From Mayamaea pseudoterrestris (Eukaryota), in the NCBI GenBank assembly GCA_027923505.1, contig BROI01000003.1, forward strand, positions 434,001-498,000: DNA of 64,000 bases, in the 5' to 3' direction. Positions 1-12,800 of this stretch are shown here, in pieces. The translations under genes and the position numbers were made by a program. A model generated the notes under the pieces. It had not been told where the DNA came from. It saw only the letters and a list, made by a program, of their open reading frames with translations, and made no database searches. Each line of letters begins with the position of its first letter. Positions within the stretch are counted from its first letter, which is position 1.

Positions 1-3000
1 GGTTATGGCGGCCAGCAACTGAGGACAAGCCTGGGGACATGAAATGCTGGCAGTCCCTGTGACAGAACTTTGAGACTGCATGGGTTATTGATGAATGCAT
101 TGCACTTTTGACATTATGAAACAATGCCTGTCAACTGCCAGCTATCTATTGATACCACTCTGGCTGTTGGAGTGGGTTATGGCAGCCAGCTACTGAGGAC
201 CAGCCTGGGGACATGAAATGATGGCAGTCCCTGTCCTGGAACTTGAAGACTGCATGGGCTAGTGATGAATGCATTGCACTTTTGACATCATGAAACAATG
301 CCTGTCAACTGCCAGCTATCAATTGACACCTCTCTGGCTGTTGGACTGGGTTATGGCGGCCAGCTACTGTGGACAAGCCTGGGGACATGAAATTCTGGCA
401 GTCCCTGTCATGGAACTTGGAGACTACATGGGCTAGTGATGAATGCATTGCACTTTTGACATCATGAAACAATGCCTGTCAACTGCCAGCTATCAATTGA
501 TACCACTCTGGCTGTTGGAGTGGGTTATGGCGGCCAGCAACTGAGGACAAGCCTGGGGACATGAAATGCTGGCAGTCCCTGTCACAGAATTTCGAGACTG
601 CATGGGTTATTGATGAATGCATTGCACTTTTTACATTATGAAAAAATGCTTGTCAACTGCCAGCTATCTATTGATACCACTCTGGCTGTTGGAGTGGGTT
701 ATGGCAGCCAGCTACTGAGGACCAGCCTGGGGACATGAAATGATGGCAGTCCCTGTCATGGAACTTGAAGACTGCATGGGCTAGTGATGAATGCATTGCA
801 TTTTTGACATCATGAAACAATGCCTGTCATCTGCCAGCTATCAATTGATACCACTCTGGCTGTTGGAGTGGGTTATGGTGGCCAGCTACTGAGGACAAGC
901 CTGGGGACATGAAATGCTGGCAGTCCCTGTCATGGAACATGAAGACTACATGGGCTAGTGATGAATGCTTTGCACTTTTGACATCATGAAACAATGCCTG
1001 ACAACTGCCAGCTATCAATTGATACCACTCTGGCTGTTGGAGTGGGTTATGGTGGCCAGCTACTGAGGACAAGCCTGGGGACATGAAATGCTGGCAGTCC
1101 CTGTCATGGAACTTGAAGACTCCATGGGCTAGTGATGAATGCATTGCAGTTTTGACATCATGAAACAATGCTTGTCAGCTGCCAGCTATCAGTTGACACC
1201 TCTCTGGCTGTTGGAGTGGGTTATGACAGCGAGCTACTGTGGGCAAGGCTGGGGACATGAAATTCCGGCAGTCCCTGTCACAGAACTTGGAGACTACATG
1301 GGCTATTGATGAATGCATTGCACTTTTGACATCATGAAACAATGCCTGTCAACTGCCAGCTATCAATTGATACCACTCTGGCTGTTGGAGTGGGTTATGG
1401 CAGCTAGCTATTGTGGACGAGCATGGGGAAATGAAATTCCGCCAGTCCCTGTCACAGAACTTGGAGACTGCATGGGCTAGTGATGAATGCATTGCACATT
1501 TGACATCATGAAACAATGCCTGTCAGCTGCCAGCTATCAATTGATACCACTCTGGCTGTTGGAGAGGGTTATGGCAGCGAGCTACTGTGGACAAGCCTGG
1601 GGACATGAAATTCTAGCAGTCCCTGTCACAGAACTTGGAGACCACATGGGCTAGTGATGAATGCATTGCACTTTTGACATCACGAATCAAAGCCCGTCAA
1701 CTGCCAGCTATCAATTGACACCTCTCTGGCTGTTGGAGTGGGTTATGGTGGCCAGCTACTGAGGACAAGCCTGGGGACATGAAATTCAGGCAGTCCTACT
1801 AGCAGAACTTGGAGACTACATGGGCTATTGATGAATGCATTGCACTTGTTACACCATTAAACAATCTTTGTCATCTGTCAGCAATCAATTTATACCTCTC
1901 TGGCCATTGGAGTGGGTCATGGCAGCCACCAACTGTGGACAAGCCTGGGGACACAAAACTCTGGCAGTCCCTGTTGCAGAACTTGGGGACTACATGGGCT
2001 AGTGATGAATGAATTGCACTTTTGACATCTTGAAGCAATGCCTGTTAACTGCCAGCTATCAATATATACCTCTCTGGCCAATGGAGTGGGTTATGGCAGC
2101 CAGCTACTGAGGACAAGCCTGGGGACATGAAATTCTGACAGTCCCTGTCACTGAACTTGGAGACTACATGGGCTAATGATGAATGCATTGCACTTTTGAC
2201 ATCATAAAACAATGCCTGGCAACTGCCAGCTATCAATTGACACCTCTCTGCCTGTTGGAGTGGTTCATGGCAGCCAGCTACTGGGGACAAGCCTTGGGAC
2301 ATGAAATGCTGGCAGTCCCTGTCACAGAACTTGGAGACTGCATGGGCTATTGATGAATGCATTGCACTTTTGACATCATGAAACAAAGCCTGTCAACTGC
2401 CAGCTATCAATTGATACCACTCTGGCTGTTGGAGTGGGTTATGGCAGCCAGCTACTGAGAACAAGCCTTGGGACATGAAATGCTGGCAGTCCCTGTCATG
2501 GAACTTGGAGACAACAAGGGCTAGTGATGAATGCATTGCACTTTTGCCATCATGAAACAATGCTTGTCAACTGCCAGCTATCAATTGACACATCTCTGGC
2601 TGTTGGAGTGGGTTATGGCGGCCAGCTACTGAGGACAAGCCTGGGGACATGAAATGCTGGCAGTCCCTGTCATGGAACATGGAGACTACATGGGCTAGTG
2701 ATGAATGCATTGCACTTTTGACATCATGAAACAATGCCTGTCAACTGCCAGCTATCAATTGACACATCTCTGGCTGTTGGAGTGGGTTATGGCGGCCAGC
2801 TACTGTGGACAAGCCTAGGGACATGAAATGCTGGCAGTCCCTGTCATGGAACTTGGAGACTACATGGGCTATTGACGAATGCATTGCACTTTTGACATCA
2901 TGAAACAATGCCTGTCAACTGCCAGCTATCAATTGACACCTCTCTGGCTGTTGGACTGGGTTATGGCGGCCAGCAACTGAGGACAAGCCTGGGGACATGA

Positions 3001-3259
3001 AATGCTGGCAGTCCCTGTCACAGAACTTCGAGACTGCATGGGTTATTGATGAATGCATTGCACTTTTGACATTATGAAACAATGCCTGTCAACTGCCAGC
3101 TATCTATTGATACCACTCTGGCTGTTGGAGTGGGTTATGGCAGCCAGCTACTGAGGACAAGCCTGGGGACATGAAATGATGGCAGTCCCTGTCATGGAAC
3201 TTGAAGATTGCATGGGCTAGTGATGAATGCATTGCACTTTTGACATCATGAAACAATGC
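1..3259. repeat. Satellite A, 174-bp monomer, ~18.7 copies visible (open at window start)
   Basis: GGTTATGG recurs at 1, 175, 349 and so on (period 174). Monomers differ almost only by substitutions. The array stops abruptly after AAACAATGC at ~3259. Confidence 0.97.
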
Positions 3260-3568
3260 ACAGAGAAGAAGTGCACAAGTAGAGTAGTGATGTAACACAC
3301 ATTATTCTAGCAATTGAGTTGTTGTTGTTGCCTTGCTGTGATGGACAAGGAGGTTGATCACTCCTAGTCCATTGTTGCTGCTGGAATAAAGGTTGGTCTG
3401 ATATTATCATGTCAGGCTTCATTCTTGTTTTGTGGTGGACACCATACTGGTATTTTCTTTTACTTCTCTTTGTAAGTACTTGCCATATAAAAAACCTACA
3501 CAACGCACAAGCCAGCAAGATTAACTTTGATTGAAAATGTGCTGAGAAGTTGTGTTCAGAATTTATGA

Positions 3569-5861
3569 GGAAAACATCTGCATTGAAAGATGTGCTGAGA
3601 AGATGTGCCAAGAAGATGTGCTGAGAAGATTTGCTGAGAAGATGTGCTGAGAAGATGTGCTGAAAAGATGTTGTTTGGAAATATATAATCTGTTCTGTTG
3701 CAGTCTTGGCAAAAACCAACTCGGATCTGTACGTTGCAGTCTCAACAGTATTTATGGTCTTGGAACCGCAAAAAAACCCGGGCTGCACCAGGGTGGAGCC
3801 GGAGGAGCTCTGGGACTTGGTATTGAGCTCGAGGAGATTGGCTTGGGGAACCCGCAAATCCGTGCGGTTGCGGGCAGGCTGCCACAATTTGCTTGGAGCA
3901 GAGGACATCATAATATGAGGCAGTGGCATCAGCAAACAGGTCTTTGGGCAGGCACCGCTGCTCCGCCATGAAGATTTGCCATTCACTTTCATGCATGAGA
4001 AAAACATCTGCATTGAAAGATGTGCTGAGAAGATGTGCTGAGAAGATGTGCTGAGAAGATGTGCTGAGAAGATGTGCTGAGAAGATGTGCTGAGAAGATG
4101 TGCTGAGAAGATGTGCTGAGAAAATGTGCTGAGAAGATGTGCTGAGAAGATGTGCTGAGAAGATGTTGTTTGGAAATCCATAATCTGTTCGTTGCAGTCT
4201 TGGCAACAACCAACTCGGATCCGTACGTTGCAGTCTCAACAGTAAAACTGTAAAAAAACACCCGGGCTGCACCAGGGTGGAGCCGGAGGAGCTCTGGGAC
4301 TTGGTGTTGAGCTGGAGGAGACTGGCTTGGGGAACCTGCAAATCCGTGCGGTTGCAGGCAGGCTGCCACAATTTGCTTGGAGCAGAGGACATTATAATAT
4401 GCGGCAGTGGCATGAGCAAACAGGTCTTTGGGCAGGCACCGCTGCTCCGCCAAGAAGATTTGTCGTTCACTTTCACGCATGAGAAAAACATCTGCATTGA
4501 AAGATGTGCTGAGAAGATGTGCTGAGAAGATGTGCTGAGAGATGTGCTGAGAAGATGTGCTGAGAAGATGTGCTGAGAAGATGTGCTGAGAAGATGTGCT
4601 GAGAAGATGTGCTGAGAAGATGTGCTGAGAAGATGTGCTGAGAAGATGTGCTGAGAAGATGTTGTTTGGAAATCCATAATCTGTTCCGTTGCAGTCTTGG
4701 CAACAACCAACTTGGATCCGTACATTGCAGTCTCAACAGTAGAACTGCAAAAAACACCCGGGCTGCACCAGGGTGGAGCCGGAGGAGCTCTGGGACTTGG
4801 TGTTGAGCTGGAGGAGATTGGCTTGGGGAACCTGCAAATCCGTGCGGTTGCAGGCAGGCTGCCACAATTTGCTTGGAGCAGAGGACATCTGCATTGAAAG
4901 ATGTGCTGAGAAGATGTGCTGAGAAGATGTGCTGAGAGATGTGCTGAGAAGATGTGCTGAGAAGATGTGCTGAGAAGATGTGCTGAGAAGATGTGCTGAG
5001 AAGATGTGCTGAGAAGATGTGCTGAGAAGATGTGCTGAGAAGATGTTGTTTGGAAATCCATAATCTGTTCCGTTGCAGTCTTGGCAACAACCAACTTGGA
5101 TCCGTACATTGCAGTCTCAACAGTAGAACTGCAAAAAACACCCGGGCTGCACCAGGGTGGAGCCGGAGGAGCTCTGGGACTTGGTGTTGAGCTGGAGGAG
5201 ATTGGCTTGGGGAACCTGCAAATCCGTGCGGTTGCAGGCAGGCTGCCACAATTTGCTTGGAGCAGAGGACATTATAATATGAGGCAGTGGCATCAGCAAA
5301 CAGGTCTTTGGGCAGGCACCGCTGCTCCGCCAAGAAGATTTGTCGTTCACTTTCACGCATGAGAAAAGCATCTGCATTGAAAGATGTGCTGAGAAGATGT
5401 GCTGAGAAGATGTGCTGAGAAGATTTGCTGAGAAGATGTGCTGAGAAGATGTGCTGAGAAGATGTGCTGAGAAGATGTTGTTTGGAAATCCATAAGCTGT
5501 TCCGTTGCAGTCTTGGCAACAACCAACTCGGATCCGTACATTGCAGTCTCAACAGTATTTATGGTCTTGGAACTGCAAAAAAAACACCCGGGCTGCACCA
5601 GGGTGGAGCGGGAGGAGCTCTGGGACTTGGTGTTGAGCTCGAGGAGATTGGCTTGGGGAACCTGCAAATCCGTGTGGTTGCGGGCAGGCTGCCACAATTT
5701 GCTTGGAGCAGAGGACATCATAAGATGAGGCAGTGGCATCAGCAAACAGGTCTTTGGGCAGGCACCGCTGCTCCGCCATGAAGATTTGCCGTTCACTTCC
5801 ACGCATGAGAAAAACATCTGCATTGAAAGATGTGCTGAGAAGATGTGCTGAGAAGATGTTG
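3569..5861. repeat. Composite tandem repeat: 5 units of ~400-485 bp plus a partial sixth; each unit = (GATGTGCTGAGAA)n + inverted copia RNase H fragment + ~250-bp gene-like fragment
   Basis: ACATCTGCATTGAAAGATGTGCTGAGAA restarts at ~3574, 4004, 4488, 4885, 5368 and 5814. Each unit translates on the minus strand to TVETAT/MYGSE/KLVVAKTATEQIMDF. The 13-mer copy number is about 6, 11, 12, 11, 7, 2. Confidence 0.92.
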
Positions 5862-5993
5862 TAAGACCTGAGAACCCCAAAGAATGGTCTTGCGTTGGTT
5901 CTCGTCAATGATGCCGTCTCGCATGACCTTGTTGAAAAACTCACGGTTTTCCTGTGACATGGGCAATGGATATGTAGTGAAGGCTGCTTGACG

Positions 5994-7060
5994 CATTATG
6001 AGTACGTCTGTGTCTTTATGGTGATTTGGCGATGGCTATGAAGAATCCTAAAGCCTTCATGGATGAGCTCAGGTCCAAGTACAACTACAAATTGAAAGGT
6101 GTTGGTCTGATTTCCTACTATTTGAGTGCAGACTTCTTCCGCAATCCTGATGGAACGCTGTGCATGGGCGCCAAGACTTATATCGGCGGGCTGCTCAAGA
6201 ACTATGAAATGATGTTTGGTAAGAAGGCCAAGCTGAGGATGTCACCCATGGACAATTTTGACTATTCTGAGCTTGATATTGATGAGTTGGATGTGAAGGG
6301 TATTTGGATGTACCAGTCTGTGATTAAGACACTTCAATGGGCAATAAGCTTGTTTCGTTACAACTTTCACTATGGGTCATTTTTTAGTTGCGCCGCTGTA
6401 TGGCCATCTTTAGCGTTTGAAATGGATTGATGGCTACCTTGCTCGGTATCCGGATGCTGATATTCATTTTGCTTTGGCATTCCTCATCATGATGCACCTG
6501 AGCCAGTGGAGTGGGTATAGACTGTCTATGGAGACAGCGCTGATGAGGAGCCATGGAACATGCCCATGCCAAGGGGCAAATTCATCCGTCTGACAACTTT
6601 TGAAAACGCCAACCTGTATCATGAATATACTACAGGCCGCACTGCCATGGGTGTCCTGCATTTCTTGAACCAGGCTCTGGTTGAGTGGTTGTCCAAGAGA
6701 CAGAACACGTTGAGACTGCCACGTATGGATCCAAGTTTGTCTCTGCCAAGACTGTGACAGAGCAGATTATGGATTTCCGGTACACTCTGTATGTGATGGG
6801 TGTTCCATTGGATGGACCTGCGTGGATGTTTGGAGACAATGAGAGCATTGTCACTTTGTCAACTATTTCTCACTCGTCACTTACCAAGCAACACCATGCA
6901 CTTGTGCACCACAGGGTTTGCAAAGCAATTGCCTTTGGAGTGCTGCATTTCAAGCACCTCTCGGGCAAGCAGAACACGAGTGACGTGCTTACCAAGTTAT
7001 TTCCCCATGCGGTGTTTGGGCCATTAATTTGGCCAGTGCTTTTCTGGAGAGGTGAGACGG
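5994..7060 (+). pseudogene. Decayed Ty1/copia (CoDi-like) RT - RNase H fragment
   Basis: Frameshifted pieces HYEYVCV, KYNYKLKGVG..YYLSADFFRNPDGTLCMGAKTY, YQSVIKTLQWAISL, ETATYGSKF, FGDNESIV, NTSDVLTK, PVLFWRGET are collinear with the C-terminus of the intact polyprotein at 9866-15721. Confidence 0.92.
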
Positions 7061-7529
7061 TGATGGAGGATGGAGTAGCACAAGCTTGGACTCTGGGGAT
7101 GATGCAATGTAGGCAAATGGAGAGCCTGAATCTTATGCGACATGGTTTGTTATTCTACATCCCAAGGGTGATCCAGTTATTTAACTCTCACACTCATCCT
7201 GTGTTGACCTCATGGTATGGAGGAGCTATGTCTTCTTCTTCTTGGACAGTAGCCATGGTGTAGAATCAATGGAGTGGGAGAAATCACTGACCCGTACGAA
7301 GTAGGGTCCAGTGAGTATAAATTTTCTCGCATCTGTCAGTCAAGGTGTCTGTGTGACTACCGGTAAATTAATGAAACTTTAACGTACAGAACCCATCGGA
7401 ATGCTAAATGTCACATTGACGCATTACTTCAGATAACTATAAGGACCGCACAAAGCTGTACAGTACCATAACATAGGAAATAGGTAACATCCATATACTA
7501 TTAATATTATTGACAGGCCCTAACCACAA

Positions 7530-7870
7530 TAGCAGAGCTACCGTCACCCACCAGTGCACTACATGCAGAGGTGCACATGTATCTACTCAGCTATCTGATA
7601 CGAGCCATTGGGAAAGGCACCACTACACTGCAAAAGGCAGAGCTACAGTCAGGCCCCACACTACAAACCCCGCACTACAAGCAGCAAATGAAAGAGGTCT
7701 CAGGTGTCTATGGAGCTACCATCCAGCTACAAATATGACTATGGAGACAAGCCCTACACTCTAAATGGCAGAGCTACAGTCAGGCCCTATTGGTGCTCGA
7801 CAAGCAGCAGATCTACATCAAGATCTCAGGGAGCTACCATCCAGCTACCAATATGATACAGTCAAGCCCA
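7530..7870. repeat. Diverged short tandem duplication (~105-130 bp spacing)
   Basis: GCAGAGCTACMGTCA at ~7532, 7637 and 7768; GGAGCTACCATCCAGCTAC at ~7712 and 7830. Confidence 0.55.
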
Positions 7871-8491
7871 ACACTACAATTTGCGGTGCTATACAGTCGC
7901 ACAGGGAACACCTCCTTCCGCGCGCAAGTGCTGGGGCAGTGCCACAGACAGTGAGGTCCCCTTGTACATACCGCAAGAATATATACCCTAAGAATAATCA
8001 AGGGAGTTGATTTATCTGAGTGATGCTTGAAATACACCTTGGTCTTTAATCTCTCTGTCTGCCTGACTTGTGTAGATTGAAGCCTCAAACAGCAAAAGAA
8101 CGAGTTGTCTCAGCTGCCCTTGTAGTGTGCAATAAATCAATGGGAGTGGTCATCACCAGTGCCCGAGAGAGTGGTTTGTTGTAAAGACCAAAGTGTATGA
8201 TCTGACATGATGCAGTTCCAGTACAGAAGCGCCTGCAACGCGTCCTCACCCTCTGTAGTCTGAAAAGGATTAGCAATTCCTAAATAAAAATGCAGATGTC
8301 TGGAAACATCTATGTTGAGCAATGATGAGAACCCAAACCAAAGCGACACGGATGATGTCACAAAGACGGTCACGTTTAAGCAAGCGCGGTAAGCGGCAAA
8401 GAAGGAGTGGATCGAGGACGATCACTTCTTGGAGAAAATAAGTAAAGTGGTTTTATTGACTCTGATCTGCTTAATCATTTGTGTTGCTTCA

Positions 8492-9373
8492 ATGGCGCGC
8501 AAGAAATATTCTAGATCCAACATTTTCTCCAAGAAGGGAGTGAAAAGACATGTCTTTGATGACGAGCAATACTCCGACGACAGGAGCGACATCGAGTGGT
8601 TGAGGTGCAACGCCTCCCGCTCCACCAGCAAGTGAAGGAAGCCGACGCAACCATTATTGTCATGGTAATCATGCTGGGAATTGTGCCGGGAATCAAGGCA
8701 ACAGCAATGGAAGCAGACTCAACGGACCGAGTTGTGCGCCTCGGAAATTTCCAAGGCAGCGAGCCCACACTGGCTGGTTACATTTACGATTACAACGGTT
8801 CATGCAATCCCGATGGATTCATCCGCACAACAAATGAAATTATCACTTACATTGGGTGCTTCTACAAGAAATATACCAAGGAGCTGCTCAAGGGAATGCG
8901 CAACGTGGAACTGAAGATTCTTGACGAGACTGCGCGTCCAGTCAATGATGCCAACATGATGGACTCGGACTGTTCCATAGTGCTCAAGGAATATAAGGCT
9001 GACAAAAAAAGAGCATGTTGAGCGTGTGCGCATGTACTCCGACTTCCTTGCTGGCCTCTACGCCGTGTTGTATGGACAATGCACGGAGCGTATGAAGGAT
9101 TGTGTCAAGTCGCATGCCAAGTTCCGAGATGCCGAGGAAGACACGGACGGAATGCAGTTGCTGGCAATCATCAAAGAGATCTCACATACGTACGAAGGGC
9201 ACTGCAAACTTGTGGATCAAGTCATGGACATTCAAGCTGATTTGTTCGGATGTACTCATGTTCGCGCAGCCGCCAAAGGTGAACATTTTGAAAAAGGCTG
9301 TACTTTTGGACAATCAGTCAACAGTGGATCTGTTCTGCAATGCCAAGATGCTGAAGAACATTTGCCCGGTTCC
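8492..9373 (+). pseudogene. Older copia element, 5' part (degenerate gag and start of aspartic protease); target of the nested insertion
   Basis: Broken frames give FQGSEPTLAGYIYD..FIRTTNEIITYIG and LYGQCTERMK..DGMQLLAIIKEI (diatom copia gag-like). They continue as VLLDNQSTVDLFCN..KNICPVP (protease), which is cut exactly at the LTR start. Confidence 0.8.
9369..9373 (+). other. 5-bp target-site duplication GTTCC (partner at 16071-16075)
   Basis: GTTCC lies immediately before the 5' LTR and immediately after the 3' LTR. Confidence 0.95.
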
Positions 9374-9768
9374 TGACAAGTCGCAGAGCGGCGAAGTCAA
9401 GAGCCCGAACCCTAATTAGCTTGTGTCGAGTCCGCAGCTGTCGTATGTGACATGTGACTGAAGAAAGTGCGCAACCGTCGTGTGGATGCGTTGTATGAAT
9501 GGAACGACCAGTTACGACTGATGTAATGTGATTGAAAGAAACGGATTGATCGGATGATCTTCCGAGTGGTCGATGTAGCGATGTAGCGATAAGCTCACAA
9601 TATAGAACTACTAGTTTGCGACGAGAGTGCAGTCGTATTCGTGTAGTGGCGAGCGCAAGACTATTCGATGAGCCATCTCCATCAAGAGCTGTACAGACCG
9701 TGGCCAAGGACCCTGTATCGGAGCTTTTTGGAGGTAAGACGTTGACTGCGAAATCGTCAACGGTGTTA
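9374..9768 (+). repeat. 5' LTR (TGACAAG...GGTGTTA)
   Basis: Matches 15676-16070 with 3 substitutions found by eye. Confidence 0.96.
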
Positions 9769-9865
9769 GATTAACATTTCAGTGCTTCGAGAGCAAGAAC
9801 GAGCGAGGGAGCTATCGTGACACATTCGTCTGCAGCGAGTCCGATTCCTCTGATCAACCTCCAAC

Positions 9866-12800
9866 ATGGCGACGATTGATGTAACGACATACAAGCGTGT
9901 CGTCGGTAAAGTCTTCGATATTCCGTGGCTCGCAGCGTCCGCAGCTTGGGATCCAAACGACCCTACCGCAGTGTGTTTCGAGCAAGAGGAACTCACGACT
10001 GCGGAGGCGATGGCCGAACTGTCGGAACAAGACGTGACGAACATTAAGACCCAGTACCAGTGGTCGACGATACGAACAAGCCGATTGCGCAAGCTCATGA
10101 GTTGGATTCACGAGCAACGTCGGACGACTGCGCAATGGCAAGACTTGGAGAAAGACCAGATTACGAGCCGAGACCTCCCAGTAGCGCCGGGGTCACCGAC
10201 AGCAGGCAACCGCAGTTTCGGAGACTTTAGCGTTATCGGAGGCAACGACACCACGACGAAGCGACACGACATCAAGCTGGATCTGAAGACCATGCTGGAG
10301 CTCAAGAACGATCGCAAGTTCTGCTCCTACTGGCGGGCCTTCAAGAACCGCATGCGAAGCGAGCGACTTGGCTATTTTTGGGACGACGAGTTCAAGGCAC
10401 CAGCCGCACTCGACCCCGAATTCGCCAAGTATAAGTATCAGTGTTCGAAGCTTTTAGCGGCACTCGAGTATACCTGCAAGACACCGCAGAGCAAGCTCAT
10501 TGTCCGCAAGCACATCGACAGCGCGAATGCCTCAGCGTGCATTGCAGAGTTGGAGGCGACATTCCTCGACGGGATGGCGCGCAAGTTGGATCTACGTACG
10601 GCCGAAGACGAATGGCGCAATTACACCCTCGATGCGAGTTACGCCAAATCTCTCGTCAATTGGCTCATCCAGTGGTCCAGCAAGGAAGAGAACTACAATG
10701 ACTACGCCGAGGAAACCGAGCTACTTACAGCAAGCACGAAGCGTCAGATTTTGGAACGCGCGGTTTTCCGCCATGCGGATATGGCAGCGGCGGTGAACAT
10801 GGCGCTGATCGAAGAGTCCAAGACCGGCAACCCGATGGCGTACACCCAGTTTTGGAACCTCCTGAACGACGTCGCACGTCAATCTGACAATCGTCGTGGC
10901 ATCAAGGAGACCGAGAAGCGTCAGGCGAACCAATCTGAGCAGACCAAGAAAGAGAAGGAGAAGACGAAGAAGGCAAGCATGAACAATTCCCAGTCTACGC
11001 CAAGTAGCAGCAACAATCAGCAATCCAATCAGGGGGGCGGTGGTCGCGGCGACTTGAGCACGGGACGAGGCGGCGGCAGCGGCCGCGGTCGGGGAGATAC
11101 TCGTACGTATGTTCGCAGCTATGCCGACACGAAGACGATCGAAATCCCCAGCGACGTGAATGCGACGATTCCACCAAACACGTGGCGACTCCTTACCCGC
11201 GATCAGCAACATGAAGTGTTTGAACGCCGTGGTACGAGTCGTGCGGCTAGTGCTGCAGGTGGTTCGACATCAGCAACACAGGCAGGCACCATGCAGACGA
11301 CGAGTACAACACGCAACGCAAACGTCGCAGCCACTTCATCAGCGGCAACGACGGCGAGTGCGGCGACCGAGCGTGTGAACAACACCAGCCGTGGCTCAGC
11401 GATGCAAAGTTTCTTAGGTCCAGACCAGCCCACGACTACGACTCGGGGAGCGAATATCGCTCAGAGTCGCAAGTACAAAGTCGCGAGCATTGACTTGGAT
11501 AAGCATTCAGCGTCGACTGTCGATCGCGGCGCGAGTGGCGGAGTATGGGGAGCGGACGGCCGCATCCTTACCGAGGACAAGTTCCACAAGATTGAAGTCA
11601 CTGGAGTCGGTGGTCTCAAACTTCCGGACCTGTCTACCGTCACAGCAGTCGCCAAGCTTAAGAGCACCAAGGGTTGGGTCGTCGGTGAGTTCCATAACTA
11701 TGCATATTCTGGAACCGGCAAGACGATTCATTCGAGTATGCAGATGGAAGCCTTCGGACTTCATGTCAACGACAAGCATTACAACTTTGGTGGCAAGTTA
11801 CGAATCGAAACGCCAGACGGATACAAGTTTATGCTCGGAATGGAAAGTGGCATGGCGACCTTGCCAATGTTTCCAGTGTCGGCGCATGAGCTTCACACCT
11901 TACCTCGGGTCATGATGACCTTCGATGGACCGTGGGATCCGAATGAGTTTGACGTCGAGCCGACCGAGGACGACGACTATGACTCTTCGGATGACGATGA
12001 CGACGAGGACGACGTACCGGACTTGTTGTCGCGCGACGAAGACGACGAAGACAGTGACGACGAAGAGGGCTTCACGCGCGTGACACGTTCGCGTACGCGG
12101 AATCGAACCCATCGTCAAAGCAACGTGACTTATACGAATCTCGGACACGACAATCAACCTGTTTACACCAAGAAGGAGCTGAATGTTTGTGCCGTCGTAC
12201 AGAAGTACAATGCGGATCTCGTCTATCAGCCCTACAAGTCTATCCTGCCAAAGAAACCTGATATCGACGCATTGCTGCCGAACTTTGCATGGTACCCGGC
12301 GCAGACGATCAAGGATACTTTGCGCCACAGCACGCAGTTCAACATGCACGAGCGCCGATACCCCCCACGAATGCATCGAAAGAGCCGATTCCTGAACGTC
12401 TACCGTCTAGATGATCGAGTGGCCCATGACACCATGTTCTTCGACGAACCAGCCATGGATGATCACATCGACGGACATGCAGGGTGCACATGCGTGCAGC
12501 TATTCTATGGTTGTCGCAGTCAGATCATTGTCGTGTATCCCATGCGGACGAAAGGCGACGTACCGAAACGATTCCGTGATTTCATCCGCGAGTTTGCAGC
12601 TCCGTTGGAAGTCTTCTCGGATAATGCGAAAGAAGCGATGAGTGCCGAGTTTGACGAAGTAATGCGCGAGTTCATGATTCGCCGTCGTCATACATCGGAG
12701 CCGTACTATCAGAATCAGAATCCAGCCGAGCGCATCATCGGGCACGTAAAGGAAAGTCATGAACGACTTATGGACCGAACGGGCACTCCGGCATGTTTCT

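Noticed and set aside
3589..5854. 13-mer array as a telomeric repeat
   Set aside because: It has no GGG tract, is interstitial, and is embedded in a larger repeat unit.
7100..8490. LTRs of the two decayed copia elements
   Set aside because: No paired repeat, clear PPT or TSD could be identified, so boundaries cannot be supported.
9408..9415. Telomere-like AACCCTAA in each LTR
   Set aside because: A single 8-bp occurrence per LTR; expected by chance.
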